Shown one piece after another: positions 46,712 through 56,202 of a stretch of DNA of 64,000 nucleotides. Each line of letters opens with the position of its first letter. Within the stretch, counting starts at the first letter, position 1. The notes under the pieces are model-generated. The model saw nothing but the letters and a program-made list of their open reading frames with translations. It was not told the DNA's origin and ran no database searches. Source of the DNA: an uncultured Bacilli bacterium (lineage in GTDB: Bacteria > Bacillota_I > Bacilli_A > RFN20 > CAG-826); contig CAJOML010000001.1 of NCBI GenBank assembly GCA_905235705.1, forward strand, positions 12,118-76,117. Direction: 5' to 3'. The translations under genes and the position numbers were made by a program.

Positions 46712-47650
46712 TTATAGACTTTTGGGGAATGCTTCCAAGACGCTGCCGGGATTTGGATATCCGCCAGGCATCGGCACGTGGAAGTAGACGTTAGTGAGTT
46801 CGCCAGTGCATGAACTTCCGACGCCGGCGGAAGTGGTGGCGAAGTAACGTTCGTGGCTTTTCATGCGAACGAGGTTGAGGTCCTTGTCTAGGGTAACCGT
46901 GAGGTGTACCCAATCGAAGGTGGGCCTGTTTTTGAGGTTGGAGATGCTTTGCATCTGCTTTTGATAACGGGCCGTCGAGGTCTTAGGGTCTAATTCCACT
47001 TCGACACGGTATCCGCCGTTTTCCTCATAAATCCCAGTCGGGGGATCCCCAGAAGGGCTGCTCCCTTGTAAGAGGGTTTTCTCCGATACGATGTAGGAGA
47101 GTCCGACCGAGACATATCGCCCCATCTTCTCCTTGTATTGCTCGTTAGTGATGGTTTCGGGCGTGTGGGAAGCGTAGTCAGGGTTATCGCCCCAATACAA
47201 AGTGGTGTTATCGCCTTCTTGGAACATTCGGTCGTATAGATTAACTAGACCGCTGGAATTGGATTCCTCGAAATAGCGATTTCCTTCTTTTGCGGTGCGT
47301 GCGGTAATGACTTGCTTGACCATCGCGGCTTGGGTGAAACCGACACCCATTGAGTAATTGCTTTCCTCTTGTCCGAATAACTCGAACCCGATGTTGATCA
47401 TTTCAGGGGCGGAAAGGGAGGAATAATCGCCTTTTGATTTTGCCGCCTGATATTTCTTCATCGTCGTCTCGATGTCGATAACATAGGCATCTTCGTCAAC
47501 CACATATTGAGTGGTATCGGGCTTGAGGACTTTGGCCAAGACGAAACCGCCGACCACTCCTAGCACCGCAGCGGAGGCTAGGACAATCGGCCAGACCAGG
47601 GCGATGCCATGGTGAGAACGGGTTTTATTCACTGATTCAACGGTTTTCAT
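46712..47650 (-). CDS. Single-TM anchored extracellular protein (312 aa)
   Basis: N-terminal TM followed by a beta-rich domain; 15 bp upstream of the 1352-aa gene. Confidence 0.8.
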   Translation of the reverse strand: MKTVESVNKTRSHHGIALVWPIVLASAAVLGVVGGFVLAKVLKPDTTQYVVDEDAYVIDIETTMKKYQAAKSKGDYSSLSAPEMINIGFELFGQEESNYSMGVGFTQAAMVKQVITARTAKEGNRYFEESNSSGLVNLYDRMFQEGDNTTLYWGDNPDYASHTPETITNEQYKEKMGRYVSVGLSYIVSEKTLLQGSSPSGDPPTGIYEENGGYRVEVELDPKTSTARYQKQMQSISNLKNRPTFDWVHLTVTLDKDLNLVRMKSHERYFATTSAGVGSSCTGELTNVYFHVPMPGGYPNPGSVLEAFPKSL

Positions 47651-47940
47651 CTTTGGACCGGCAAGAATTTACTATGCGTGCGAGGCTGGTGCACTCTATA
47701 CGTGTTTCCCTAATTTAAAGGAAACCATTTCTCTAAAATAGAGAGTTATTTTAGATAGGACGTGACACAAAAAATTAATGAAATAAGGAAGGAAGGGCTC
47801 GTGATTTTAAAATGAGTGAACTTTTGGGGGAGACGAGTTTCTTTCATGTCTTAAAGCGGGCTTTTTTAATGTGATATTCCCCTTTTTCTTTCGAAAAATT
47901 GTGGTTTTTGATATAATTAACCAAAATAAGGAGGGGTCCT

Positions 47941-48465
47941 ATGGCAAATCACAAGATTGGCGATCATGTTTATCATACTTTTTGTGGTGTCTGCCAAATC
48001 AAGGACATCGCCAAACTCGATGGCGACCCCAGCGGAAACGAATACTATGTTTTATCACCTCTATATGGGGATGATCAGCGTAACATCATCCGCGTTCCCG
48101 TAAGCAATTCTTCCTCCTTACGTAGGCCTCTTGACCGCGAAGGCGCGATTGCCTTGATCAAGAGCTGGCCTTCCCCTGACCAAGACTTATATATCTTGGA
48201 TTCAAAGCAGCGAAAACTTGCTTATGAGAGAGCCCTCAATAGCGGCATGATTGAAGATCTAGCCACTTTGCTTGAAGGGGCATTGCAAAGGAAAAGACGC
48301 GATACCCATTTAAATTCAATGGATGGTCAATTCGTGAATCGCGCTTCCCCGATTGTCTATGGAGAATTATCCTTCGCCCTCGGGATTCCTTATGATGAAG
48401 TCGTCCCTTATTTAGACAAACTAACGGGCAAAGACAAACTTACGGGCAAAGATAAACTTGGCTAA
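47941..48465 (+). CDS. carD: CarD family transcription regulator
   Basis: IGDHVYH...GVCQI..I, YYVL.P, IRVPV (RNAP-interaction domain); AAGGAGG RBS; TATAAT upstream. Confidence 0.85.
   Translation: MANHKIGDHVYHTFCGVCQIKDIAKLDGDPSGNEYYVLSPLYGDDQRNIIRVPVSNSSSLRRPLDREGAIALIKSWPSPDQDLYILDSKQRKLAYERALNSGMIEDLATLLEGALQRKRRDTHLNSMDGQFVNRASPIVYGELSFALGIPYDEVVPYLDKLTGKDKLTGKDKLG
48415..48459 (+). repeat. 18-bp tandem repeat x2.5 (DKLTGK)
   Basis: GACAAACTAACGGGCAAA / GACAAACTTACGGGCAAA / GATAAACTT. Confidence 0.9.
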
Positions 48466-48471
48466 GCAAGC

Positions 48472-48500
48472 AAAAAACTCGTCGCGAAGACGAGTTTTTT
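48472..48500. terminator. Bidirectional intrinsic terminator
   Basis: AAAAAACTCGTC-gcgaa-GACGAGTTTTTT. Confidence 0.9.
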
Positions 48501-48519
48501 CATCAATGTGGAATTTGTT

Positions 48520-48990
48520 TTAGGCCTTGAAGGCGCGATATCCAGCGTATAAGCCAACAACGCCGCCGACAATGGAGAAGATGCCGGTAAGAAGGGTACC
48601 GGTTCCGTTAGTGATGGTTTGTCCTTCGATGGGGGCAATGGTTCCGGCGTTGGCGCTTTGATAGAATTGCGGGGCAAGCAAGAAGAGAATGCCGGCAACG
48701 ATAAGAAGTAAAGCGGCGATGCCGAAGTTGATACCACCGATACGTCCGGGGATAATCGCGGCGATAAGAGCGAACACCGCGGCGACGATCTGGAGAATAA
48801 AGGCAACGATTAAGACTGGGATGGCGACTTTGTTTTGATAGCCAAACATGATTTGGAAGACATTTCCACGGGTGTCGCCATAGCTTTGATAGTCGGCACC
48901 GAAGGCCGGGGCAAAGCAAACAAGGATGGCGGTGACGGCCAATATGGCGAGGAAGATGCCGATGATAATTGAGACTTTACGATTGTTCAT
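48520..48990 (-). CDS. 4-TM hypothetical membrane protein
   Basis: Four hydrophobic segments; biased codon use. Confidence 0.8.
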   Translation of the reverse strand: MNNRKVSIIIGIFLAILAVTAILVCFAPAFGADYQSYGDTRGNVFQIMFGYQNKVAIPVLIVAFILQIVAAVFALIAAIIPGRIGGINFGIAALLLIVAGILFLLAPQFYQSANAGTIAPIEGQTITNGTGTLLTGIFSIVGGVVGLYAGYRAFKA

Positions 48991-49097
48991 AATAAAAACC
49001 TACCGCGCATAGTTTACTCATCCAAACTCAAATGGGCAATATAGAGTTTTACTCTAGATTATTCCCTTTTTGTCCCGTTCCTGTGATAATTATGGCG

Positions 49098-50960
49098 ATG
49101 AAAAAATCTTTTGGTTTTGTCATGGCCGCCTCCTTGGCCTCGATTGTCCTCGCAGGGTGCGATTTATCCCCAGGCGAGGCGGGGGATTATTTCCGTGTCG
49201 ATCTTTATTCCGATTATGAAGGAATCGACAGCGATTTGGCCAAGCAATCGCTAAAACCAACCAATGCCAAGCATCTTGGATATTGCTATGCCAAAAAGGG
49301 CGGCAAAGCCAATATTGATGGGTTAATCGTTATCGATTCATGGGAATACCATAAATCCACCCGCACAGCTCCAAGTGGATACACATATCAATTCGCTTCG
49401 TGGAACGGGTTTTATGAAGACGGCAAAAAAATCGATCTTAACGTCGTCACCGCCGCATGTTCGGTTTACGCAACTTTCGATAAAGTCGAGAAGTCTTATG
49501 CGATTGCCTTAGAGAATTCTTATCAAGTGGCGAAAAAGGGTAATGGCAAATACCAAAGCGCCCTTGGCGATGTCGAAGGTTTCGCCTTGACTTCCGATGA
49601 ATTTAAGCACGATCCTCTTAATTTTGATTACGACCCCTATTATAAAAACTACACCTTCGATGGCTATACCATCACCACCGTGGACGATGCAAACGTTTCG
49701 ACTTCCGTCAAAGTCAGCGCGAAAGAAGGCTTTTCGAAAGTAAATGAACATCTTATCGGCGGGAAGACCACGGTTGAAGTCAATTATATTGAATCGCTTA
49801 AGGATTATACGGTTACCATAAACCCCGTTTTCCGCGATGAGGATGATAATGAAACTAGCCTTGTTTCCCTTTTCGGCGAAGAAGAATTAAAACAAACCAT
49901 CACTTACGATGAAGCTTTGGCCCCGACCAAAAACCTTTCTGGTTATGTTTTCTTGGGATATGAAGGAACTTACGGGGAAGATGCCGATAGCCATGTCAAA
50001 GGGCATGTCATTGACCCGACCCATATCCGTTATCATGGCGAGGTGAAGGCGGTTTATGTTGAAGAAGTTCCTTCTCGCGAAGTCTTGTTCCATCTTGGTG
50101 CCACCTCGACTAAGAAGACGACTTTCCATCAAGGCGGGATGCCTATTCTTCCTGACCGCAACGTCGAAGTCCCCGATAAATATGCCTTTACCGGATATTA
50201 TGCAAAGACCGAGGGAAGCTATGAGGCTATCGATTTCTCATCCATCTTTGATGAAGAAACGACTCTTGACGCCTATCCGATTTTCGTGCCCTTAAGGCTT
50301 GCTTATATAAATACAAAGAAGATTGGCGGCGAGACCTATGATCAACAATTCACTTATCGTTTCGATCGCTCCTATGGCGGATATATGCTTGAAAACTATT
50401 GCTTAAGCAAAGGCGGGGTTTTCGCCGAAAGGCTCGAACCCTCCATCAAATTAAGCGCCGAAGATTTCTGGGATAAGGATAATTCTTCCGGATACGAGGC
50501 AATTGGTATCGCCGGTTATAGTGATATGGCAACGATTTTATCCGCCTATGAATTCGTTGGCGTCTCTAGTTTTACTTCCTCCTCGGCATCTAATGCCTTA
50601 GGAAGTGCCGCCTATGCCATTGAAGAACTCGCTTTGCCAAATTCAGTTAAAACGATTTCCTCGAATGGCTTTGCCTTGCTTAGCGGCTTAGGATATGGTG
50701 GCCATCAACTCGATTTAAGTGGCTTGGATTTAGAATATATCGGACCTGCCGCTTTCCGTTCTTGCATCAATTTAAAGAACATCACGTTGCCTAAATTATC
50801 CCAAGTCGATGCTCGGCTTTTTGCTGAATGTGATTGGCTTAGCGGCGTCGAAGTGGGCAATACCGAAGATGAATTATCTACCCTTATCGGCGAGGGCAAA
50901 GTCCATGCCGATTGGAATAAAAACGGAGATGTTACCATCCCCGTGACTTATGCTGCTTGA
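49098..50960 (+). CDS. Lipoprotein with InlB B-repeat-like units and C-terminal BspA-type LRRs
   Basis: Lipobox LAGC; repeated GY.F.(G/S)(W/Y) units; LPNSVKTISSNGF, LEYIGPAAFRSCINLKNITLP. Confidence 0.8.
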   Translation: MKKSFGFVMAASLASIVLAGCDLSPGEAGDYFRVDLYSDYEGIDSDLAKQSLKPTNAKHLGYCYAKKGGKANIDGLIVIDSWEYHKSTRTAPSGYTYQFASWNGFYEDGKKIDLNVVTAACSVYATFDKVEKSYAIALENSYQVAKKGNGKYQSALGDVEGFALTSDEFKHDPLNFDYDPYYKNYTFDGYTITTVDDANVSTSVKVSAKEGFSKVNEHLIGGKTTVEVNYIESLKDYTVTINPVFRDEDDNETSLVSLFGEEELKQTITYDEALAPTKNLSGYVFLGYEGTYGEDADSHVKGHVIDPTHIRYHGEVKAVYVEEVPSREVLFHLGATSTKKTTFHQGGMPILPDRNVEVPDKYAFTGYYAKTEGSYEAIDFSSIFDEETTLDAYPIFVPLRLAYINTKKIGGETYDQQFTYRFDRSYGGYMLENYCLSKGGVFAERLEPSIKLSAEDFWDKDNSSGYEAIGIAGYSDMATILSAYEFVGVSSFTSSSASNALGSAAYAIEELALPNSVKTISSNGFALLSGLGYGGHQLDLSGLDLEYIGPAAFRSCINLKNITLPKLSQVDARLFAECDWLSGVEVGNTEDELSTLIGEGKVHADWNKNGDVTIPVTYAA

Positions 50961-50987
50961 TTTAATTTCCATCAGTAATGGATGAGG

Positions 50988-52343
50988 TCATGTCTTTGAC
51001 CTTTTTCTTTGGAAATATAACCATATCGAAGGAATCAAAGCCAAGAAGGCGGCGATGGCAACGACGAGGAACATATTGGCATCGGGGGCTTTTTCGGTTT
51101 GCCCAAATTCATTGACGGTGGAATTGACGAAAGTGGCGGAGGCGATATTCGAACCAACGACCATCGGGATCATGACCACGAAAACCATTCTAACGGCTTG
51201 GAATGAGCCGGCTTCCTTTTCTGGTGTATTGTCGCGGATTTCCGCCCCGAGAACGGTTGTGCCGCATAAATAGCCAAGCATCAATAAAGTAGCGAAAACA
51301 ATGCAAATCTCGAGGCTTTCCTTCACAAAATATAGCCCAATCGCACCGGCGATGACTAGCGAAATGGCCGGGAATAAGGTTTTGAACCTGCCGATTTTAT
51401 TCATGAATAAGCCAATAAGAATAACCCCGATAGAAGCAACCCCGATGACCGTTCCCACGACGATATAGAAGCCTCCGGAGGTAGAAACGATGACGGGGAG
51501 ATTTTGCATATAGACCATGAAATAAGGCATGAAGGCGTCGATGGCGATATTGAAGAACATGAAGGCTAGCAAAGCGATATAGAAGACGGGGTTGGATTTG
51601 ACCGATTTCGGGGTGAAACCTTTAACCATATGCTTGAAATAGGCTTCATCTCTACTTGCCTCAATATGGTCTTTCGGCAATAAGAAGAAGGAAATGATGC
51701 CGATGAGGGTTGTTAAAATCCCAAAGACAAGGAAAAAGATGAACCATGGCTTAGCGATTTGGTTAGCCCAGGTTATGTTATCAAGATCTCCTTGATTGCC
51801 AGGGACACCTAAAATAATGCCTAAGGCAAGCATAATACCCATCGCAAGCAGGGGCATAATCGATAAAACGGATTCGACGAAAGGCCGATTTTTGGGATTG
51901 GTTTCGTCGGTGACAAAGGCATTGAAACAAGCGTCGTTGGAAGTGGAACCAAAGAAAGTCATGACGCAGTCGACGATGACGTTCATGACACCAACAAGTA
52001 ACAAAGCGGTGCCCATATTACCTCCGGCAAGGGAGGTCATATTCGATAAAGAAGCGAGACCGAACCCGAAGACGCTGACGCCCCAAATGGTATAACCGGC
52101 CGCGATAAAGATTTTCCTTTTCCCGAGTTTATCCGATAACGCGCCCATGAAGAAGGTGGTGATTGTCGCAACTACGGCCGAAGCGGTGGTCATCCAGGCG
52201 ATGTGATTTGCATCGTGACTTTGGGAATAGACCCATAAGTTGATGTAATTGTTTTCGATCGCCCAAGCGATTTGACCAATCAGGCCAATTAAGATAATGG
52301 CTAGCCAGCGACGGTAGCCGAGTTTTGATTGTTTGCTTTCCAT
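50988..52343 (-). CDS. MFS transporter
   Basis: GALSDKLGKRK motif A; ~12 TMs. Confidence 0.92.
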   Translation of the reverse strand: MESKQSKLGYRRWLAIILIGLIGQIAWAIENNYINLWVYSQSHDANHIAWMTTASAVVATITTFFMGALSDKLGKRKIFIAAGYTIWGVSVFGFGLASLSNMTSLAGGNMGTALLLVGVMNVIVDCVMTFFGSTSNDACFNAFVTDETNPKNRPFVESVLSIMPLLAMGIMLALGIILGVPGNQGDLDNITWANQIAKPWFIFFLVFGILTTLIGIISFFLLPKDHIEASRDEAYFKHMVKGFTPKSVKSNPVFYIALLAFMFFNIAIDAFMPYFMVYMQNLPVIVSTSGGFYIVVGTVIGVASIGVILIGLFMNKIGRFKTLFPAISLVIAGAIGLYFVKESLEICIVFATLLMLGYLCGTTVLGAEIRDNTPEKEAGSFQAVRMVFVVMIPMVVGSNIASATFVNSTVNEFGQTEKAPDANMFLVVAIAAFLALIPSIWLYFQRKRSKT

Positions 52344-52446
52344 ATTTTGATTATAGGGAGATTAAAGAAGAAAAGTGATAACAAACATCTTGCTTCCTTA
52401 ATAAAGTAGAAGAAGCAATAATTAATTAAACCAAGGAGCTTTCGTT

Positions 52447-53130
52447 ATGGTGGATTTCTCCTCTATCCCGGTCGTCAGTTACGTCTTTTTCGCGATTTTC
52501 ATTCTCGTGAGTCTGATTCATTTGCTTTTCTGCTATGAAGAGAATGAATTATGGCGAAAGATCACCAAGCCCATGTGCGTGGGTTCGTTGCTTGTGGCGG
52601 TGATTTGCTATATTCCCCAATATCCCCTTGTCTATATTGGCCTCGCTTTTGGGCTGCTGGGAGATATCTTCTTATTAAAGAAGCACAAAGTCTGGCCTTT
52701 CGTTTTGGGGATGATTTCCTTCTTAATCAACCATATTCTCAATATCATCCAATACATCATCCTTTCCGGGGCAACGCATTATTCTTATTATGTTGCAACC
52801 GGGGTTGGGGTTGCCTTGCTTATCCTATTTGGGTATCGTGTCTGCAATAAGATTGTCAGAACAAAGCCCCTGGCTTTTGGCGGGGACGTGTATCTAGGTT
52901 CGCTTGTTTATGAATTGACTTGGGCCATTATTTGTTGCGCTAAGGGAAGATTTGATTTCCTCTTCCTTGGCGTCCTTGGCGGGATTTGCTTTATCATCTC
53001 CGACATCTACCTTGCCTATACCTCTTTCGTATCGAATAAGAAAAGGCGCGACTTCTATATCATGGCTACATATTTACTAGCCCAGACATTAATCGCGCTT
53101 GGATTCTGCTTTACGCTAATGGCCGCTTAA
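52447..53130 (+). CDS. yhhN: YhhN family lysoplasmalogenase-like protein
   Basis: TKP, GLLGDIFL, SFLINH, FIISD, IMATY.LAQ. Confidence 0.85.
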   Translation: MVDFSSIPVVSYVFFAIFILVSLIHLLFCYEENELWRKITKPMCVGSLLVAVICYIPQYPLVYIGLAFGLLGDIFLLKKHKVWPFVLGMISFLINHILNIIQYIILSGATHYSYYVATGVGVALLILFGYRVCNKIVRTKPLAFGGDVYLGSLVYELTWAIICCAKGRFDFLFLGVLGGICFIISDIYLAYTSFVSNKKRRDFYIMATYLLAQTLIALGFCFTLMAA

Positions 53131-53714
53131 AGAATCAGGAAGAGCTTTAGTTTTCGCGAAGCGATGCCACGGTGGCTATATTGGTTTTTGATTTCCTTGC
53201 TGGCGGTGCCAAAATCGCAATTCCCTTCTTCGCAATGGAAGATGGGGTCATAGCCAAATCCTTGTTCGCCAACCGGTTCGAATAAGATATGTCCTTTGCA
53301 AATGCCTTCGAAATACAAAGGCTTGGCATCTTTATTTTGCAAATAGCAAATGCAGCAAATAAATTCGGCTGAGCGATCTTGCTTATGCTCAAGTTCTTTG
53401 ATGATATTGGCCATCGCTTGCGGATAGCCTCCATATTTTTGGGCATAACGGGAAGTATGGACACCAGGGATGTGGTTTAGGGCATCGACTTCCAAGCCCG
53501 AATCATCGGCGATGACGGGAAAAGGGGAGACCGCGGCCAAGGCTTTGGCTTTTAAATAGGCGTTTTCGCGATATGTTGACCCGGTCTCGTCGACTTCGAT
53601 ATCGAGATTTAAATCGGCAGGGGAATACACCAAAAAGCCGAGCGGAAATAAAAGAGAACGATATTCTTCGAGTTTGTGCTTGTTGTTAGTCGCAAGGAGG
53701 ATCTCTTTTTTCAT
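53127..53714 (-). CDS. rdgB: Non-canonical purine NTP pyrophosphatase
   Basis: ATNNKHKLEE, ENA..KA, ADDSGL, GFGYDPIF, KNQYSHRG. Confidence 0.96.
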   Translation of the reverse strand: MKKEILLATNNKHKLEEYRSLLFPLGFLVYSPADLNLDIEVDETGSTYRENAYLKAKALAAVSPFPVIADDSGLEVDALNHIPGVHTSRYAQKYGGYPQAMANIIKELEHKQDRSAEFICCICYLQNKDAKPLYFEGICKGHILFEPVGEQGFGYDPIFHCEEGNCDFGTASKEIKNQYSHRGIASRKLKLFLIL

Positions 53715-53755
53715 ATTTATTTATAAGAAAACCCTCATTCGAGGGTAACTGGCTC

Positions 53756-53829
53756 TGGAGCAGGTGACGGGAATCGGACCCGCATAACCAGCTTGGAAGG
53801 CTGGTGTTCTACCACTGAACTACACCTGC
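53756..53829 (-). tRNA. tRNA-Gly (TCC)
   Basis: GCAGGTG/CACCTGC-T-CCA; anticodon arm CCAGC-CTTCCAA-GCTGG; T-loop TCCGATT. Confidence 0.95.
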
Positions 53830-53831
53830 GC

Positions 53832-53908
53832 TGGCGGACCATACGAGATTCGAACTCGTGATCTCTTCCGTGACAGGGAAGCATGTTAGGCCGCTACACC
53901 AATGGTCC
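53832..53908 (-). tRNA. tRNA-Asp (GTC)
   Basis: GGACCAT/ATGGTCC-G-CCA; anticodon arm CTTCC-CTGTCAC-GGAAG; GTTCGAATC. Confidence 0.97.
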
Positions 53909-54004
53909 GAGCGAGGGTAATATATCACAACTTGGCCGGACGTGAAATAAAAAATGACTTCAAGAAGAAAAAACCCGCGGTTTGTATCCGCGGGGGAAGC
54001 TTTC

Positions 54005-54307
54005 TTAAGCAATCAAGGCTTCGACGCCAGGCTTGGGAAGAAGACCGACTTGCTCTTTGACTTTTTCGCCGTTTTTGAAGACGATGAGGGTCGGGATAGA
54101 GAAGACGTTGTATCTTCTGGCGATGTCACCGAGTTCATCGACATCGACTTTGATGAATTTGACTTCAGGATGTTCTTTTTCGACTTGATCGATGGTGGGG
54201 GCTAACATCTTGCAGGGTCCGCACCAGGTGGCGAAGAGATCGACAAGGACGGTGCCTTCCGCGATTTCTTTATCGAATTCTTCTACGGATTGAATTTGCT
54301 TTGGCAT
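54005..54307 (-). CDS. trxA: Thioredoxin
   Basis: WCGPC, SIPTL; GGAGG RBS. Confidence 0.97.
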   Translation of the reverse strand: MPKQIQSVEEFDKEIAEGTVLVDLFATWCGPCKMLAPTIDQVEKEHPEVKFIKVDVDELGDIARRYNVFSIPTLIVFKNGEKVKEQVGLLPKPGVEALIA

Positions 54308-54319
54308 AGTGAATACCTC

Positions 54320-55228
54320 CTAGATATGTCCAAATGATACAAAGAAAATCAAAATTAAGATACCTAAATGCACCGGGAAATATGCATAAGAGATGATGCG
54401 GAAGGTTTTTGAATCATACCCGCGCTTACCGCTATAAAGATAATAAAGGGGGATGGAGAGCAAACAATAGGTTTGCAATGGCATCGAATAGGGGTCATAG
54501 GTGGTGTAACTGATGGCCCAGAAAATTAATGTCACGACGAATAAGGCGGTGACTGAACCGATATTGAGGACCTTTTGATATTCGGGTTCTTGTTTGAATG
54601 TATCGAAATCGAGTTCAAGTTTTTTGCAATAGTTACTAGTAATAAGGTTGGAGATGGGACGCACCAAATAGAAGCTTAGGGCCAAGAACATGCCATAAAT
54701 CCCATAGGCAGGGCGGAACATCAAAGGGAACCAATAGATGGTTGAGGCGTTACGTGTCTCGATAATGACAAGGATATAGGAAAGAATCTCGATGCCAATA
54801 GGAAGCAAGGCAAAAAGCTTTTGGGCCTTCGGGCGATAAAGGAAAAATAGCATCAAGGCGATGAGCAATAAATCCGTGATGGGACTAGGTCCGGGATAAG
54901 TGGTGTTTGCAAAATCGGGTTGCCGCAAGATGGCATAGACAAAAATGATTTCCGCCACCGTGACAAGCAAATAAAGCGAAGCGATTCTTAGAAGATATTT
55001 CCCCCGGCTATGACTATAAAACATACCCTCAACCATCATGAAGACAAATAGAGGGAAAGCAAACCTGCCGATGATATAAAAGATACGGGCGATATCGGGG
55101 GCAGCCCCACCGATATCACTAGAATAAAGTCCGATAAAGGTCCCGATATGGGAAAAAGTCATCGTGATGATGGCGATGATACGTAACCAGAATTGGTCAA
55201 GGATTTGCAGGTTTTTCTTTTCGTTCAT
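54320..55228 (-). CDS. TraX family membrane protein (putative acyltransferase)
   Basis: LRIIAIITMTFSHIG, IGRFAFPLF.F..VEG..YS, YSGKRG, YAYFPVHL. Confidence 0.85.
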   Translation of the reverse strand: MNEKKNLQILDQFWLRIIAIITMTFSHIGTFIGLYSSDIGGAAPDIARIFYIIGRFAFPLFVFMMVEGMFYSHSRGKYLLRIASLYLLVTVAEIIFVYAILRQPDFANTTYPGPSPITDLLLIALMLFFLYRPKAQKLFALLPIGIEILSYILVIIETRNASTIYWFPLMFRPAYGIYGMFLALSFYLVRPISNLITSNYCKKLELDFDTFKQEPEYQKVLNIGSVTALFVVTLIFWAISYTTYDPYSMPLQTYCLLSIPLYYLYSGKRGYDSKTFRIISYAYFPVHLGILILIFFVSFGHI

Positions 55229-56103
55229 TAGGGAATTAAGGCTATTACGATACCAATGATATTATTCATCGCATGGGCTAGGAAGGAAGCGCCAAACCCG
55301 AAACGATCATAGACAAAACAAAGCAAGGCGCCGGCTCCGACATAAGGCGGAAGATTGATTAATTCGATAATCAGTCGCTGACTGTCCCCGAAAGCGTTCC
55401 AATCGAAATGAATTAGTCCGAAGACGAGCATGCCTAGGATATAAGCGGCGACTTTGTTGATACGTCCAAGGAAACCAAAGAGTCCGACGCGATAAGCGAT
55501 TTCTTCAACCAAAGGCCCCAAGATCCCAAATACGAAGACGCTGACAACAGGATAAGAGGCAATCATCGTGTTGATGCGAGACTGATTGCCGTTGGCTGAG
55601 GGAGCGATGCCGGCAAGTCGCATCAATGGACTAGCGATAAGATTGTTGTAGAACATATCCATCCCGATGATGAAAGCGACAGCAACGATAGCGGCGACAT
55701 AAGGGAGCCATCCTTTAAAAGATCTTCCGATTTGCTTTAATAGGGGACGTGCAACGAAAAATAAGGCGATGGACACAGCAAGATAGGCAATTCCGTTGAT
55801 CGCCAAAGAAACGCCGGCTGAAGAGGAGATTTCGTTTAGCTGGTCAGGACTTGCCCCCGGATTTGCCATGCCAACGATTGCCCCGGCAAAAACAGAGACG
55901 ATGAGGCTAGCGATTTGAAGTCCGAGGATGCCGATAAGGAAAAGGACGATTTGGCGCCACGGCTCGGCGTGGACTTGATGGAGATAGCCGCGCGCAAAAG
56001 CTTCGGTTTCGGTGACCTCCCCACAACGTGGGCATTTTCCTTCGATGGGGTCATATTGACCACCGCAATGGGAACATGTTCTTCGGGCGAAATGATTTTC
56101 CAT
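55228..56103 (-). CDS. CPBP (Abi/CAAX protease) family metalloprotease with N-terminal zinc ribbon
   Basis: CSHC..CPRC; PLVEEIAYR, FGLIH, HAMNN. Confidence 0.9.
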   Translation of the reverse strand: MENHFARRTCSHCGGQYDPIEGKCPRCGEVTETEAFARGYLHQVHAEPWRQIVLFLIGILGLQIASLIVSVFAGAIVGMANPGASPDQLNEISSSAGVSLAINGIAYLAVSIALFFVARPLLKQIGRSFKGWLPYVAAIVAVAFIIGMDMFYNNLIASPLMRLAGIAPSANGNQSRINTMIASYPVVSVFVFGILGPLVEEIAYRVGLFGFLGRINKVAAYILGMLVFGLIHFDWNAFGDSQRLIIELINLPPYVGAGALLCFVYDRFGFGASFLAHAMNNIIGIVIALIP

Positions 56104-56202
56104 GGCGAAAGTATACCATTTTGGGGAAAACGAGGTTATGAGAAAACATCTCGCGGAGGCTAGCGCGTTGCAACGCGCCCTCATTTACGCGATAATATGC
56201 GC

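Noticed and set aside
53809-54205. ORFs 53809-54012 and 53954-54205
   Set aside because: Overlap tRNAs or are antisense to trxA; shadow ORFs
54320-55228. TraX as evidence of a conjugative element
   Set aside because: No other tra genes or relaxase; host-like composition; stand-alone TraX homologs are common
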